From NCBI GenBank assembly GCA_047495785.1, contig JBLDXI010000003.1, positions 2,294,001-2,358,000 on the forward strand: a stretch of DNA of 64,000 nucleotides. Direction: 5' to 3'. Below, one piece after another: positions 1 to 12,999 of the stretch (position 1 is its first letter; each line of letters begins with the position of its first letter). A program made the translations under genes and the position numbers. The notes beneath the pieces are model-generated. The model saw only the letters and a program-made list of their open reading frames with translations. It did not search any database and was not told where the DNA came from. The stretch is from Lepidodermella squamata. Taxonomy: Eukaryota > Animalia > Gastrotricha.

Positions 1-2202
1 CTCAAATCCGCGTAGGGCAGGCTCATCATCGCCTGGGTCAGCGCTTTTTTATCGACATAGCTATTCAGGCTGATAACAGTTTGCGGGCCGTCGATGCAGG
101 AATAGGTCATGCCGCCGACTAGAAACGCATTCGGGCCAACAGTTGATAACTGGATAAATTGAGCCAGGAATTGTTTAACATTGTCGAAATCAGCCGGCGA
201 TGTAGTAGCGCTGGACAGGTCGAACGTGAAGAAGACGTCCGCTTTTTGGCCCTTATCGAAAATTTTTGTGTAGACGAAATTGACGACACTGCCCCGCGAG
301 TCGGCGCATGCGAGTGTTTGCGGTGAGCATTCGTTTGTGAATGGGTTGTACGTGAACGCCTGGCATGTTGATAACGTGTTGCAGGCGAGCGAGCAGCGTT
401 GTAGCGTCGTTATTTGCTGCTGGCCGAAGACTTCGTTGCCGAAACACTCGCCAGTTGTCCGCGAATAGTCATGCCGAGCTGAAAAAAATAAAAAATTGAG
501 ATTAAATTTTCAATTATATTAGCATATAATCATGGTCTTTGATCGTTCTTCAATAATAAAGTAAGGTAAAAAAATCATTTATTTTTAAGAAAAAGGGCTA
601 TTTTCGAGGATTGAAAATTAGCCCTGAAAATTTCGATGATTTTATAAATTTTATCTGATTTTTGGCAATTAAAACATTTTTGCATTAAGTTGGACTATTT
701 TAGCAGGTAATTTTGGAGGCTGATTTGCATAAGGAATGGCATTGAAAGTTTTCAGTTCTTTCCACCATTGGGTCTTAATTTAAAAAATATGACAAGATGG
801 CGCTTCATCTGTTTTTCAAAAATTCGAGAAAAATACATCTCGGCGCATCATTTTTATAAAGTCCAAAATTGCCCGATTTTCACCTCAAATTCAGGTGAAT
901 GGCCTGTAAAAACCAACCATGAGATTCTCATTTTTCTTTCTGTTACTGAGAGAGCAATTCTAGGAGAATGCCCACGTCTAAATTCGTCCCAAAATGATGA
1001 TTTGTTAGGGAAATATGAGGGGGTCCAGATCAACATCTGAGATCTGAGATGCACTGCTCATAATATTTCTCAAAAATTAAGTTTTGCTTCTATCGCCTTG
1101 GACCTTGCGCCATTCGAAAGCTCAATAGACGAGGAATTTCATGCAAAAAATCCTGTGTTTATATCGTTCGACGTTGCAAAGCTATTCACCTGCAAAGCCG
1201 AAAGTTTCCAAAGTTTCCCCGCGCTACGCTAGTAATCCTAAAAATCCACCTTGAAAATTATATATTTTTGCAAGGTCTTTTATTACAGCTTAGAGTTGAA
1301 TTTAAGCACTTTTCTGACTGCTCATATCGACATCAAGTTAAACGTTGGGATCGATATATTCCTAGAAGTTTCTAAATCATAGCGGAAAGAAAAGCAAAGG
1401 ACTTACTCATTTTTTCGTATGTGAATCTGTTCGGGGTAGTAACGTCAATCGCCTGGGACAGACACGCCCCTGTTCGGAGGAAGCACGTGCTTGAATCGGC
1501 TGCGTAGTCAAACGCATGACACTGGATATCAGTGAGGCATTTCGCTGAGCAAGACTCGACTGAAACGTTGACTAGCCGTTGAGTCACGGCGTCCTGGCCG
1601 CAAGTACCGGTGCGTTGCGCGAATTCGGGCACGGCGCACACGGACGGGCAGACGGGGCCGTAAATGATCGGCGTGGTGAAATGTTTCGTGAAATTGCGAG
1701 TGCCGGGCTTGAAAGAACCGCCGCTGACGGGGAAGATGAAAAACGGGCAAGTCCCGTTAGACGGGTACGCCATATCACCCAGATCGCCCGGGTTTAACGG
1801 CCGGGTGAACTCGATGACCTGTTGCGTGTCTATCATCGACACGTACTGGTCTTCGATATTCTGAACCGGGTCGTCGATGGGCTGGTTGTACCCGGTTGAT
1901 GTCGAGTCGATGAGGACAGAACGGCCGTCCTGTTCGACCCAGCCGACGACCAGGTCGGCGCCCAGCATCGACGGTCGGGTGTTGAAGCCGATACCTGACC
2001 ATGTATTCGGCTGCGTAATTGAGTGGGAGATGGAAAACCGAATTTTCCCGCGCACCGGGTCGACGTTCCAAAAAGCGAGGTAAGAACAGTCGGTCGTACA
2101 GCCGGGCGGCACGGCGAACGTGCAAGGATTATCGGCTGTTGTTACGTCGAGTAATAAAAAAAGTAGGTCAGCGACGAGAAACAAAAAAATCGGCCACCGC
2201 AT
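1..2202 (-). CDS. Secreted mosaic protein: signal peptide - DOMON - PAN/Apple - PAN/Apple - vWA (3' end outside window)
   Basis: Exon 1 is 2202-1407 (donor A|GTAAGT, phase 1); exon 2 is 478-<1 (acceptor ttttcAG|CT). Hydrophobic N-terminus. DOMON signature WSGIGF..SMLGADLVVGW..IEFTRPL. PAN 1 CSAKCLTDIQCHAFDY..CFL; PAN 2 CSLACNTLSTCQAFTY..C. vWA start ADVFFTFDLSS..FDNVKQFL..GGMTYS..LNSYVDKKALTQAMMSLPY. Confidence 0.85.
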
Positions 2203-3759
2203 CTTCTTCGCTCTAGGTCAAAGTAATAATTTTTAAGGCGGCTGGTCGATTTTTATTACGCGTGATTACGATGTGCCATTACGTCGTGTGTTAAAATTTT
2301 CCGTCTATAAAATGAATAAGGTGTGGTGAAATTTTGCAACGCAGCGTTTCGTGGCTATTATTAGTATAATATTATATGGGGCTGGGCCGTTTTGGTGTGT
2401 GTATTAATATGCGGACTAAATTAGGCGGGCAATAAAAGCCGGCGAGAGGCAGGCACATCCGGCGACGGTGCGCTGGGGTCAAGCCGCGCGGCAACACGTC
2501 GGCAAATAATCGTGGCGCCGTGAATAAATCGTGACGGCTATTTGCGCACAAGAAAGTTTAAGGCGGCGTGTTTGCCCGTTCCCAGCCACTGGTTTTAATT
2601 CGAACTCAGTGGCAGTGAGTTAAATTTCGAAATGTTTCAACACGGCAAATAGAACTCGTGTCCTCACGTGCAGGTGTGCGGGTGAAAATCATCGCACCGC
2701 CCAACCACTAGATTTGACCCGATATATTAAATAAACGTGGCGACCTGCCGTGACTCGCAAATCCACACCTACTTGCGAGCAGGCCATTTGCTCGCCGCGA
2801 GAACTTTGCTGCTGTTCGTATTTGTGTTAAGGCGGGTGCCGACGACCAGCGACGATCGATGGCCGCCGCTTTTGAGTGTTATTACCGGATTTTGAGGTGA
2901 GGCAAACGCGCGCCTGTTTAACAATGCGACGAGCGCGTCCTTATACCTAACATTACACGTGGCGCGGCGGCGTTGTGACATGAATAATTGCTGATTCAAC
3001 GCTGAAGACGAAGACGAGATGGCGAAGAAACAAACACATCAGGTGACCGTACGGAGGAATAAAGCAGGCGTCATCACGTTGAAAAACAGTGTGTGTTGTT
3101 GACCTGCGTATTTTATTTGAACGATGAGTTTTGTGAAAAACACGGGCAATTATTATCGCAAATTTTGACGTCTCTCAAAAACAATGTCAACGACGCCATT
3201 AGACGCTGCTGCTCCTTAATTTACTTTTCCGGTGTGTAATAAATTTCTGAAAAACGGTAGATTTCTCATTATAACTGCGCGCGCGCTCGCGCAATACGTA
3301 TAGGCGTATATAGGAGTTTTATTTTGTGAAACACACGCGCGCGCAGTAAATTAAGGTGGAGTTTTTATTTGCGCGCGCACGAGCCAAAAGAGCGCGCGCC
3401 CACGCGGCTGGTGACCGCGCGCGCACAAATAAACCGCAATAGGTATAGCTTGTCTCGACTATTAATAAAACGGCAAACAACGCGCTCATCATCAGCACCA
3501 CATCGAATGTCTCTGATGAGCCTTTATTACCTCAATAAATAAAATTTATTTCACTGTCTAGCGAGTGGTATCGTCGGCGCCACGAAAATTTTCGGCTGGA
3601 AGAATTGAAAAGAAAGAACAAGGCGTAGCTAGACGCGGTTCCGCATCGCTACCGTTACAAAATATTTAACCGACGTGAATAAAGTGGCGTTATGTTCTAA
3701 AACAGGATGAGGCACATCCAGGGGTTATAATTCAGTCGTTCAAAAAATTTCGAAATAAA

Positions 3760-6700
3760 ATGCGACTAGTTTTAAACTTGGCTATAATTTTAACCACCAG
3801 TATAACCGGCTATGTCCAGGGCGGCTACGACGCCCTGACCGGTAATTGCATCGGTGCTGTTCTCAAGGCTCTGAATAACCTTAAAATGGAAGAGTGCGCC
3901 GCCCAGTGCGATTTGGACTTGAAATGTCAAGGCTTCAGTTACTCGGATGAGCGAAAATCCTGCCTGCTAAAACAAAACCACGGCTGCGATCAGCCGATTC
4001 AAAACACGAATTTCATCTTCTACTCGCGGCAAATGCTACAGCCGAAAAGCGTGTCGAATGCAACGCTGAACGCGGCGTTGAAGGCGAATGAGCGTGACCT
4101 AATTTTCGGCCAACCCGAGGATGACGATGACAGCGCGCCTACGCCTCAAGTGCGGCGATCCGCATCCGGAGCTCGCATAGCCCGCGACGATTTCAGCGCG
4201 CCCTACAAACGCCGGCCTAAGAAGTTGTACTCAGACTCGGAAAGTCGGTACCTCAAGGCGATTAAAGCGCGCCTATCCGAGCCGCAGACTTGCACGAAAG
4301 GCGCGGTGTCTAACCACGGCGATGAGTTTGTTATGATGTTCATGAGCAACCGCCCGGATGATCCGCAAAACCTGCCGTTGGAAATCTACGTCACCCCGGC
4401 TCAACCCGGAAACCCGGTTAATGTTGAGGTCAGCCTGCCCGAGGTTCCAGGTGTCATGCCGCAGACTCAAGTTGCGAACTATGACGATGTGACAGTTTTT
4501 TACGTGTCCCTTGCTGCGAGGATGAATGAGACTGGGCAGTCGAATCGTGGTGTGAGGGTCAGGTCGATGACCCCTGGTGTTGAGTTGATTGTCTATGGGA
4601 TTAATAAGGACACCTATACGAATGACGGTTTCTTGGCTCTACCTCTAAGTTCGCTCGGCATGCAGTACTACATCGTCACATGGGCTCCGACTAATAAACG
4701 TAAATTAAAGATTTTAGACAATATTTATCACTGAAGTTGAATTTTAAATTAAAAAAAATTTAAATTTCGATTTCAAATTTCAAATTTCAAATTTCAGATT
4801 AATTTTATCACTGTCTATTTTCATTAAATTCACTGATTAAATTTTTCCCTGTTGAGTCATTCACAATTTGTTTCCTTTTCCAGCCAACGAATTCGGTATT
4901 GTTGCGACGGAAGACGGAACTACAGTCATGGTAGAACTATCCAAGTTTTCTTACCAACCAATCAGCGTCAACTATCAAGAACGAGAGTACACCAACGGCG
5001 ATTCGATCATTCTTCAACTCGATAAATACGAAACCTTCCTAGCAATAAACGAAAATCCGAAAGCTGACATGACTGGCACGAAAGTAACCTCGGACAAGCC
5101 CGTCTCAGTATTCAGCGGAAACACCCGAACAAGTATCGAATTCACCGAACCGAACCCGTCACGTGACCATCTCGTCGAGCAGATGCCGCCGATCGAAATT
5201 TGGGGCACACGTTACATAACAGTGTCGACCCCTGGCCGAACGGTGGGTGATTATTTCAAGGTCATTGCGAGCCAACCTAACACCAGGGTGAATCTTGTCG
5301 CCCTGGGTGAGTCGTTCATCCTACCTGAGCCGGGTAGTTTCAGGCAGATTCGAGTACCGTCTGGAAAATGCACCATCATCGAGTCGAGCAACCCCGTTCT
5401 AGTTGTGATGTTTGTGCTCAGTCAACGGTCGACTGATGACCCGGAACGAGCTGACCCGGCTATGATGATTCTACCACCTATCGAACAATTCCGCAACCAG
5501 TAAGTCGAAAATCTGAGATTTACCTAAGATTTCTTGCTCATGGTTCGGAATTCTTATTAATTTCTTTGTTTTTTGTTAGTTATGTTTTCGCGACAACTGA
5601 CTATGCCGGACGCACACCTGGTGGATCCTATACAAACTACCTCATTGTCGCTGCTCAACGAACAGCCGTCAATGGATTCTTGGTCGATGGCCGGCCAGTC
5701 CGCATTGAAAAAATGTTCAACGTCCCTAACAGCGAATACGTCACCGGCTACATCCAGGTGTCATCAGGCCACCACGTTGTAACCCACGCCTCTGAAGGCA
5801 CCCTCTTCATGGGCATCTTATACGGCGCTGGAGATCGCGAATCTTACGGCTTCCCTATCGGAATGCAGCTACGAAAGCTTCAATGCCTCAAATGCCGTCA
5901 GGATAATCCTTGCGACGGTTATGACAACAACTGCGATGGCCAGATTGATGAGCAAGTGTGCCAGGCCGGCGATCTCTCAACGTCACCGACAGGTGACTGC
6001 TGTTCGCCCAACAGCGGCATAAATATGGGCAATGCGAATCAAAACAACAACCAGAACAGGCCAGGTCTCCCGAATCTTCCGCCTCAAGTGACAATGGAAC
6101 CGGTCGTCCCAAGTGTAGCGCCTACAACGCCGGCTGTAACCTTGGGCCAGTGCATACGTAAGAACATTCCTGTAACTAACTAACCACTCCCTCATGGAAA
6201 TAGCTATATCGTTAGGAATTCTGAATCAGTAATAGGTATGATGATGTGGGATGTGGGATATGGGTGTTCTGATATGAGTTGGGATCAGGGTTAATTCCAA
6301 CCTTTAACTCTACTGTTTTTTCTCACAGCGGCTCAGCAAGCAGTTGCATGCTTCAACTCGAAACTAGCGATTTCTTGCCCGATCGGAAAGACCATCAAAG
6401 TTTTGGATGCTCACTTCGGTCGAGTTGGTTACCTCGGAGAAATGACCTGCAACGCCCCCAACCCAACAGATGCTCGCGGCATTGAAGTCAACTGCGGCTA
6501 CGACGATATCTACTCCCCTGTCTCATCACTCTGCGAGGGCCAAGGCCGCTGCGAGTTCAGTGTTAATCGGAACATGCTGGGAGACGCCTGTGTCACTAGG
6601 AGTTGTCCCCTCTGCATCCTGTACGCAATTGTCGATTACGTCTGCATCGACGCAACTGCTGCTCAATGCTCGACCCTAGCCGGGCGGACACCAGGCCTCG

Positions 6701-7695
6701 CGAATCCAAGCCGGTATACAGCCTCAAGCTGGCTCAACTCCCAAACAGCTATGGCATGTGGTGCGTCAGACGCCGGGACAGGGAGTGGCTCGCAGTCTTG
6801 CGCATCTAGTGGCGGTAGCTTCATGACCGAGTCACGTGACCTCCGCACGACAAGGCTTGACATGACCGCGCCGTACTCGGCACGATTCGCTGCGAACAAC
6901 GTCCAAGCCTGGTGCCCTCAACACTGCGACCGTAACAACTCGTTCCTTCAAATCGATATGGGAGGAGGTTACCAATTGCAAGGCTTCATCCTCCAGGGAA
7001 GACGGTTCCAGGAGCACTTTGTCAACCTCCTCGGAATTCACTACAGCAGTGACGGGAAAGTATGGACTGAGTTGAGAGATCAAGCGTCTAATGTTCTGGC
7101 AACTTCAACCGCGCCGTCTTTGTTCAAACCCATCTACTTCCCCGGACCGAGGGATGGTCGTTCTGTGGTGTATTGCGACCTGAGCCTGTACCAAATCACA
7201 GCCCGGTTTTTGCGAGCTGTTGTGTTGAATAGTGTTGGCTATCCCTGCGTTCATTTCGACGTTATGAGGTGTAATAATGTCTTGGGCTGTAATCCAAAGA
7301 GTCTGGCCCACACAAACATGCTGAACGAAATCGGAGTTCGTAACACTCAATTTACGGTGAAATGCGACCCGGGTAAGTTTATCTGAGCTGAAAGATGATT
7401 GCTGATTTATTTCGATGTTATTTTTTCAGGATGGACTTTGCCGGATGGTAGCACTCAATTTGTGTTGAACTGCAACTCGAAAGGTGACTGGGAGGGCCCG
7501 TCGAACGAATGCACTGTAGCGAGGGGTTGCGGTGACATTCCGCAAGTTTCAGGTGCTTTGCATGATGGCCAGAACACGCTGATTGGATCCCGAGTAACCT
7601 ACACATGCCAACAAGGGCGAATTGTCGGAACACCGACCATCGTCTGCCAGAACAACGCGCAATGGTCTGATGCGCCTTCGTGTCAAAATGCTTGA
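3760..7695 (+). CDS. Secreted mosaic protein: signal peptide - PAN - IgGFc-binding N-terminal domain - CDGxDNNCDG motif - Pro/Thr linker - SUEL/Gal-lectin - F5/8 type C (discoidin) - 2x Sushi/CCP
   Basis: Five exons 3760-4699, 4884-5499, 5580-6157, 6329-7372, 7430-7695, all GT-AG and phase-compatible. IgGFc-type motifs DGFLALP, FGIVATEDGT, DMTGTKVTSDKPVSVFSGN, DHLVEQMPP, ADPAMMILPP, ESYGFPIG. Lectin ACFNSKLAISCP..IKVLDAHFGR..LCEGQGRCEFSV. F5/8 AWCP..FLQIDMG..ILQGR..YSSDGKVW..ARFLR. CCP Cys/Trp pattern. Confidence 0.9.
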
Positions 7696-8699
7696 TTCAA
7701 CTTCGGTTTTGTTCAAAATTATATTCGGGCGTTGTTAATCGATTCGTTAAACCAAAACTTGCGTTGGAAAATAAATCAAAATCTCAACAAATGGCTGTTT
7801 TGTTTCACGCGAAAATTTCCAAGCGAAAATTAGGTTGCCGATTGATACTCGGCCCTTAGCCGATATTAATGAGCCGTAATTCGTCAGTATTTTAGCGAAC
7901 ACAGGGTCCCAAATTACCCATTTCCACTGACTTTCAGTGAAATCAGTGAATGCGAGAGGAAATATGCGCATTGCGCATTTGTCACCGGAATGTTGATTTT
8001 CCGCCTAGTTCCTTAGTTTGCTTGAAGCCTCTATTTTTGGCACGTCGGAAAGAAAATTCCACAACGTAAGGGTTGAAGCCTGGTTGATTCACGCCGATAA
8101 TGATCTGGCGAAAAATCCGAGTGAAAATCAGTAGCTTTAACAAGAACCATCGATAACGATATATACTTGTCGTATCGTATAAGGCAACCAGGCGATTACC
8201 GATATAGAGATATCTCAATGAGCAATTCGAAATTTGATTTTTGCCTGTTGTTTTCATCAGCCTTCAGGTTATTGAATTTGGCAACAGCAGCGGCAAAGCT
8301 GCCGCAGTAGCGCCGGGGGAACCATGTCCTATTTTTTCCAGGTCGAATTGACTGGGCCATTGTAACTGCGAGCCAATGAGGGTGGGGTATTTTTAAAGAA
8401 TTGCGGTTGTAATAGCAGTTGAAATTAAACCGATCTCTAAATTGAATTAATTGAATTTCAATCAGAGTTCTCTAATATTTCCTTTGAAATTTCATAGATT
8501 GATTGCTCGATGCTGGCAACGATCGAGTCCATTCCCGCGCAAAGCAGGCTGGCTCTCTTGTCTTCAACATGGCTATTCAACTTCTGATCCTCGGAGACAG
8601 CATCTCGAGCAATTTATATAAGATTTTTCTAGAGATTTTTATGTTCAATTTTACCCGGTATTTCTGTGACCATACCTGACTTGTATAACTTGAAAATTG

Positions 8700-8906
8700 A
8701 CCCATAAATTATGGTGCTCGAAAAATCGCCTGAAATCAGCTGGGCGGATAGGATGATTTCGGCCAGTTTTTGTACAGCCTTAACGGTGATAGGTAGATGA
8801 AGACAAACGGATTACAAAATCGCGTTCAGGGACTTCGAAAACCTCTAGAAGTGGCGTCAAATATTTTTCCTCCCGCAGATAAATAATTCCGCCATGAAAG
8901 GGTTAA
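8700..8906 (-). mobile_element. Terminal fragment of a piggyBac-like non-autonomous element (same family as 24061-24840)
   Basis: Ends ...CCATGAAAGGG-TTAA. Its reverse complement aligns by eye with the first ~200 bp of the element at 24061. Confidence 0.65.
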
Positions 8907-9491
8907 CCCAATTTAGTCATTACCTCTTTAACCTTGCGTGAAATGGATCGATATTATCCGTTTTCAAACAGGATTTGACCTATAGATTGAGAATTAATCT
9001 TCATAGCGGAATTTCTTATTTTTAGAGCCAAGCAAAAAAATCGAATTGATGAATTTTCAGCAAATTAATAAACGAGTCGAAATATCGCCAACAGGGACAG
9101 AAAATTAACGGATCTGTGAATTGGCAAAGTCTAAATTCCAACCGTGAAAGGGTTAAACATGTGTTAATTGGTGTTAGAAACTTGAGGAGTGAGACGGCTA
9201 AACAGCTATCGGCTACCTTCGAAAATCTGTTTTTCTAGCTGACACTACACCGACCAATTAAAAAAGCGAAAAGTGACATAGGTGGAGAACACAAAAAATA
9301 AACAGAAAAAAAAGCCATGCAGCTTTATTCCAAATTGCGATTAAGTACTTCGGTATTTTGAAACTGTAACAAAAAAGATCGAGGGTTATGAAATCAATCA
9401 ACCGATTATAATTGGAAACATTCAAAAAGACACAATCAAATGATAGTCAATTCAGGTGTTGAAATTCACGTTCAACATCTCGATTAATTAA

Positions 9492-12400
9492 TTAATTAGC
9501 CTGCTTCCCGGTGAGAGAGCGCAACAATTGCGAAACGCGCACGGCTCGGCAGTACTCAGCCTGCATAATCGGCGTGGTCCCATCGCAGTCGGCCATAGTC
9601 AGGAGAGCGGGAAACTTCTTGCCAAGATACTCGACAATAGCCAAGTTTCTATCACCGTTGATGCAGTACAGCAAGGCGGAGCAGCTATCTTTGTCGCAGC
9701 GAAACGGGTCAATGTGATACTTCTCAACCAACAACTTGACAAGGTCCAACGAGCCAGAACCAGCGGCGAAGTGCAGCGCGGTTGTTCCGTTGTTGTCCAC
9801 GGCGTTCAAATCGCAAGATTTCTGCAATAAAATTTCGGCGATTCTTGCATTGCCAGAATGAACGGCGGCGAGGAACGGCGTTTTGTTGTCCAGATTCAGC
9901 CTAGGCGAGTCGATAAGGTCCGGTATGATGCTGAATAAAATTTCGAGAATTTCCGAAAACATTGCGGGATCTTCCGACGGGATGGCAGCATGGTACAAGG
10001 TGTTGCCTGTAAAATCAACTGCTCGGCAATCCGCGCCGTTTTCGATTAAATACTTGACGATTTCCGGATTCCCGCGGCGGACAGCGAAGTACAACGGCGT
10101 GAGCTTGCCGTTGTCGAACTGGTTCACATCGAATGAGGCGACTTCGACGAGGTATCTCACCAATTCGAAGCCGCCGTCGTCCTTGTGATAAGGAAATCGT
10201 AACAAATTTCCACCGCAAGCCAGGTGTAGTAGGCCTCGACCCGGCGAATCGCAATCGTGAATCGAATCCGGATGCTCCTCGAGCAGCAATTTCAGCGTTT
10301 CGAGCTGCCCGCCAGCCGCCGCCGAGCACACCGCGTTTGTGTTGAATAGTATGCCGCTGTAGAGAGACAACCGATTTTTTGTGAACAGTTTAGCCTCCAT
10401 TTCTCCGGTGAGAAATTTAACGACTTCAAAATGGCCATAAGAAGCCGCCGCACAGACCGCGTCGATGTGGCCGGAGCCGTGGCAGTGGCTGGCCATGTAA
10501 CGGCCGGCACCGGGCGGGAGGCGCGGGTCCAGGCACATGGCCTTGACCACCTGCAGGTCGCCGGTGGAGACTGCTTCGAAGAAGCGATCGATTTCTCGTG
10601 GTTTTTCGTAGCTTAGTTTCGTTGAAGCCTGGATAAAAAGGAAAAATTTAAATTCAACTTGAAAAAACTTCAAGGCACGAATTTCAAAAATTTGAAAATT
10701 CAGATCCAATAAGGTTACACACATCAGTCTTTGCTATTGCTAAAAAATTATGAAATTCTAAAACAAAAGCAGGAATTTTGGAAAATTAGCGGGGGATTTT
10801 GGAGGCTCATTCGCTCAGCACTGCGGACATCCGAGATTTTAACTAGTCTTACGGCCGAACTTTGGAGAAAATCAAGAACCAATTGAATACATTAACAAGA
10901 ATAATGCGTTGAAATTATGGCCGTTTCTAATTTGAGAAATTTAAAAGTGTTTCAATTTTTTTGACCAGGAATTAATTACCGAAAATCATGAAATTTTTAA
11001 GAAAAATTCCGAAGAGAGCTCTGAAATTTCCAATACTAAAATTACAATTTTTTTTATTTCGAAAGGAAAATTAGCAAAATTGAAAGCACACTTGAACTTC
11101 GACTGGTGAACCCTTTCCTCGAATAAGTTTTTAGAGGTGCGAAATGGAGCCGAAATTAACAAATTAATAAGGGATCATCCTTTTACCGGAACCGAATTTA
11201 CTGAGAGCGAAACCTAATTTTGTAATTTTCTCAGTGGCCTGTAATCACTTTTCGAATATTTCTTGGGTATCAAGATTGACGGCAATAATTCTAAAAGATT
11301 TCCAGTAAATTCAGCGTAACATTCTCTATAAGTGTTCAATTCAAAACTCATGCTTCGCCTAAAATTCGTAGAATTATTCAAAAAAGGAATTGGCAGATTT
11401 TTACTTTGGTTGTAAAATTGCTGTAAAATTGGCTCCGCTCCCGTTATTTGGTTCCGGTAAATGATATTCTGATTAATAAGGTCCCTTGCAAGCAGAAGGC
11501 TTAAAATCAGCGCAACAAACGGCACTGAAATTCATCCGATGAACCAAATTAAGAGTACGCAGTAAAAATAGTCGAGTTATTGGGGCCACAAAAATTTTCA
11601 ATAAAAAAGCCGAAATAATATTTCATTCAATTTTTTGTTGAAAGCTTTGAAGCCTCATACTTTTTAGGGGGCGCAAGTTAAGATTAAAAATCCCAATTCC
11701 CAATTCTCAATTTTTTATGACATAAGGATGAGTAAACAATTTAAAACTAACGATTCTCCTGCCAACAGGTTCGCCGGGTACAGGTTCGGCATTTTCCAGC
11801 TGTTCAGGTTCGTCTTCGGCGATGCGAAGCTTGAGGGAAAAAAGAAACGATGCAATTTTCCGATGCACATCTGTGGCGATTAAAATTTACCTCTCTATCA
11901 ATCAACCAAATTTGTTCAAACAGCTAGTGGCCTCGGAAAGCGAAGCTCGTTCTGGGCTCTCGTTCATTTTCTTCAATGCGTCCAGTTCAGATGAGATGCT
12001 GTCGCGCAGAATATTCTTACCAGATTTCCGCGCAGCTTCCACACGCTGGCTAAACTAGAAAAAACATCACAACGTAATAATTTCCGCAAAACTCAATCTT
12101 GAGTTTACTAGGTACTTAAACGTTTTATTGAAATGTTGACCTTACTGAATCTTAAGATTCCTGACCTTTCTAAAAGGTTCCACTTTAAAATTAAAATTAA
12201 AAAATTAATCCACTAGAAGCGCCTTTTCAGACCGTTTAAAGTATGAGCCTTACTTATTAGTTGCATACGTAAAATATTTTGAGCAAAAAAACTTCAATTA
12301 TCCGCTGCTGAAACTTCTTTCAAGCAAGAATAGACAGAAACGCTTACTGAAAGTGCGAACATTCCGACCCATTTTTTTATTAGCTTCATGCTTCAGCCAT

Positions 12401-12999
12401 TTGATAAAAATAAAATGATAAAAGCGAAATTTTACAGCTATGCTGAAGTGAAATGACCCAATTTTAATTAGCTATATTTTGCCAATCATTAAAAAAAAAT
12501 AGTTAAAATTTGCGAATTTTATTTGTCGGTTAAACTCGACACTATGAATTCTATAAAATTCAACAAAAAACGCATGCAATTATTTTTAGAATTTTGTATT
12601 AATTTATCACTTGTTACCGGTGAGGGAATTACTGATTTCATCATCGGAAAAATACAACAGAAATCAATATTTTATCGAATATTTTGGCAGAATAACAAAA
12701 ATAAAAAATAAAAAATCTCAAAAAATAAATATGGGGCGATGGGTGATTTAAAGGTAAACTGAACTGGGTAAAAGTGAAGGGGAACTTACATTCAGGGCAA
12801 TCCAGCTCGACTCGAGTCTCAAACGCTCGGCATGAGCCAATCCACACGGCTCACAAAAGTCGGCGCCGCAGTGACTGCACGATTCGGATGACGCAGCTGC
12901 CTTCGTGTGCGGGCATTTCTCGCCGGGGATCAGATCGATGGATCCGTGTTTTTTCACCACATTCTCAACGGCTAGGTTGGACGGCCAAAAGAAATTCAT
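9492..12999 (-). pseudogene. TRIM-like B-box / coiled-coil / ankyrin gene, copy A (no RING exon found; frameshift in coiled-coil exon)
   Basis: Exons ~12999-12790 (CPH..CSHC..FCEPCGLAHAERLRLE), 12054-11891, 11829-11752 and 10628-9492 (about 8-9 ankyrin repeats: TPLYFAV, TPFLAAV, TALHFAA). The 12054-11891 exon is 164 nt; adding 1 nt restores LFEQIWLIDRE, matching the paralogs. Confidence 0.7.

Noticed and set aside
40-56. Suspected frameshift in the poly-A run of the vWA exon
   Set aside because: The run is six bases and the frame reads through as VDKKALTQAMMSLPY.
9492-10724. Stand-alone or endosymbiont-derived ankyrin genes (also 31281, 35793, 48162)
   Set aside because: Each ORF begins at a polypyrimidine-AG acceptor and splices in phase to upstream exons. 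The listed ORF starts are intronic or non-ATG.
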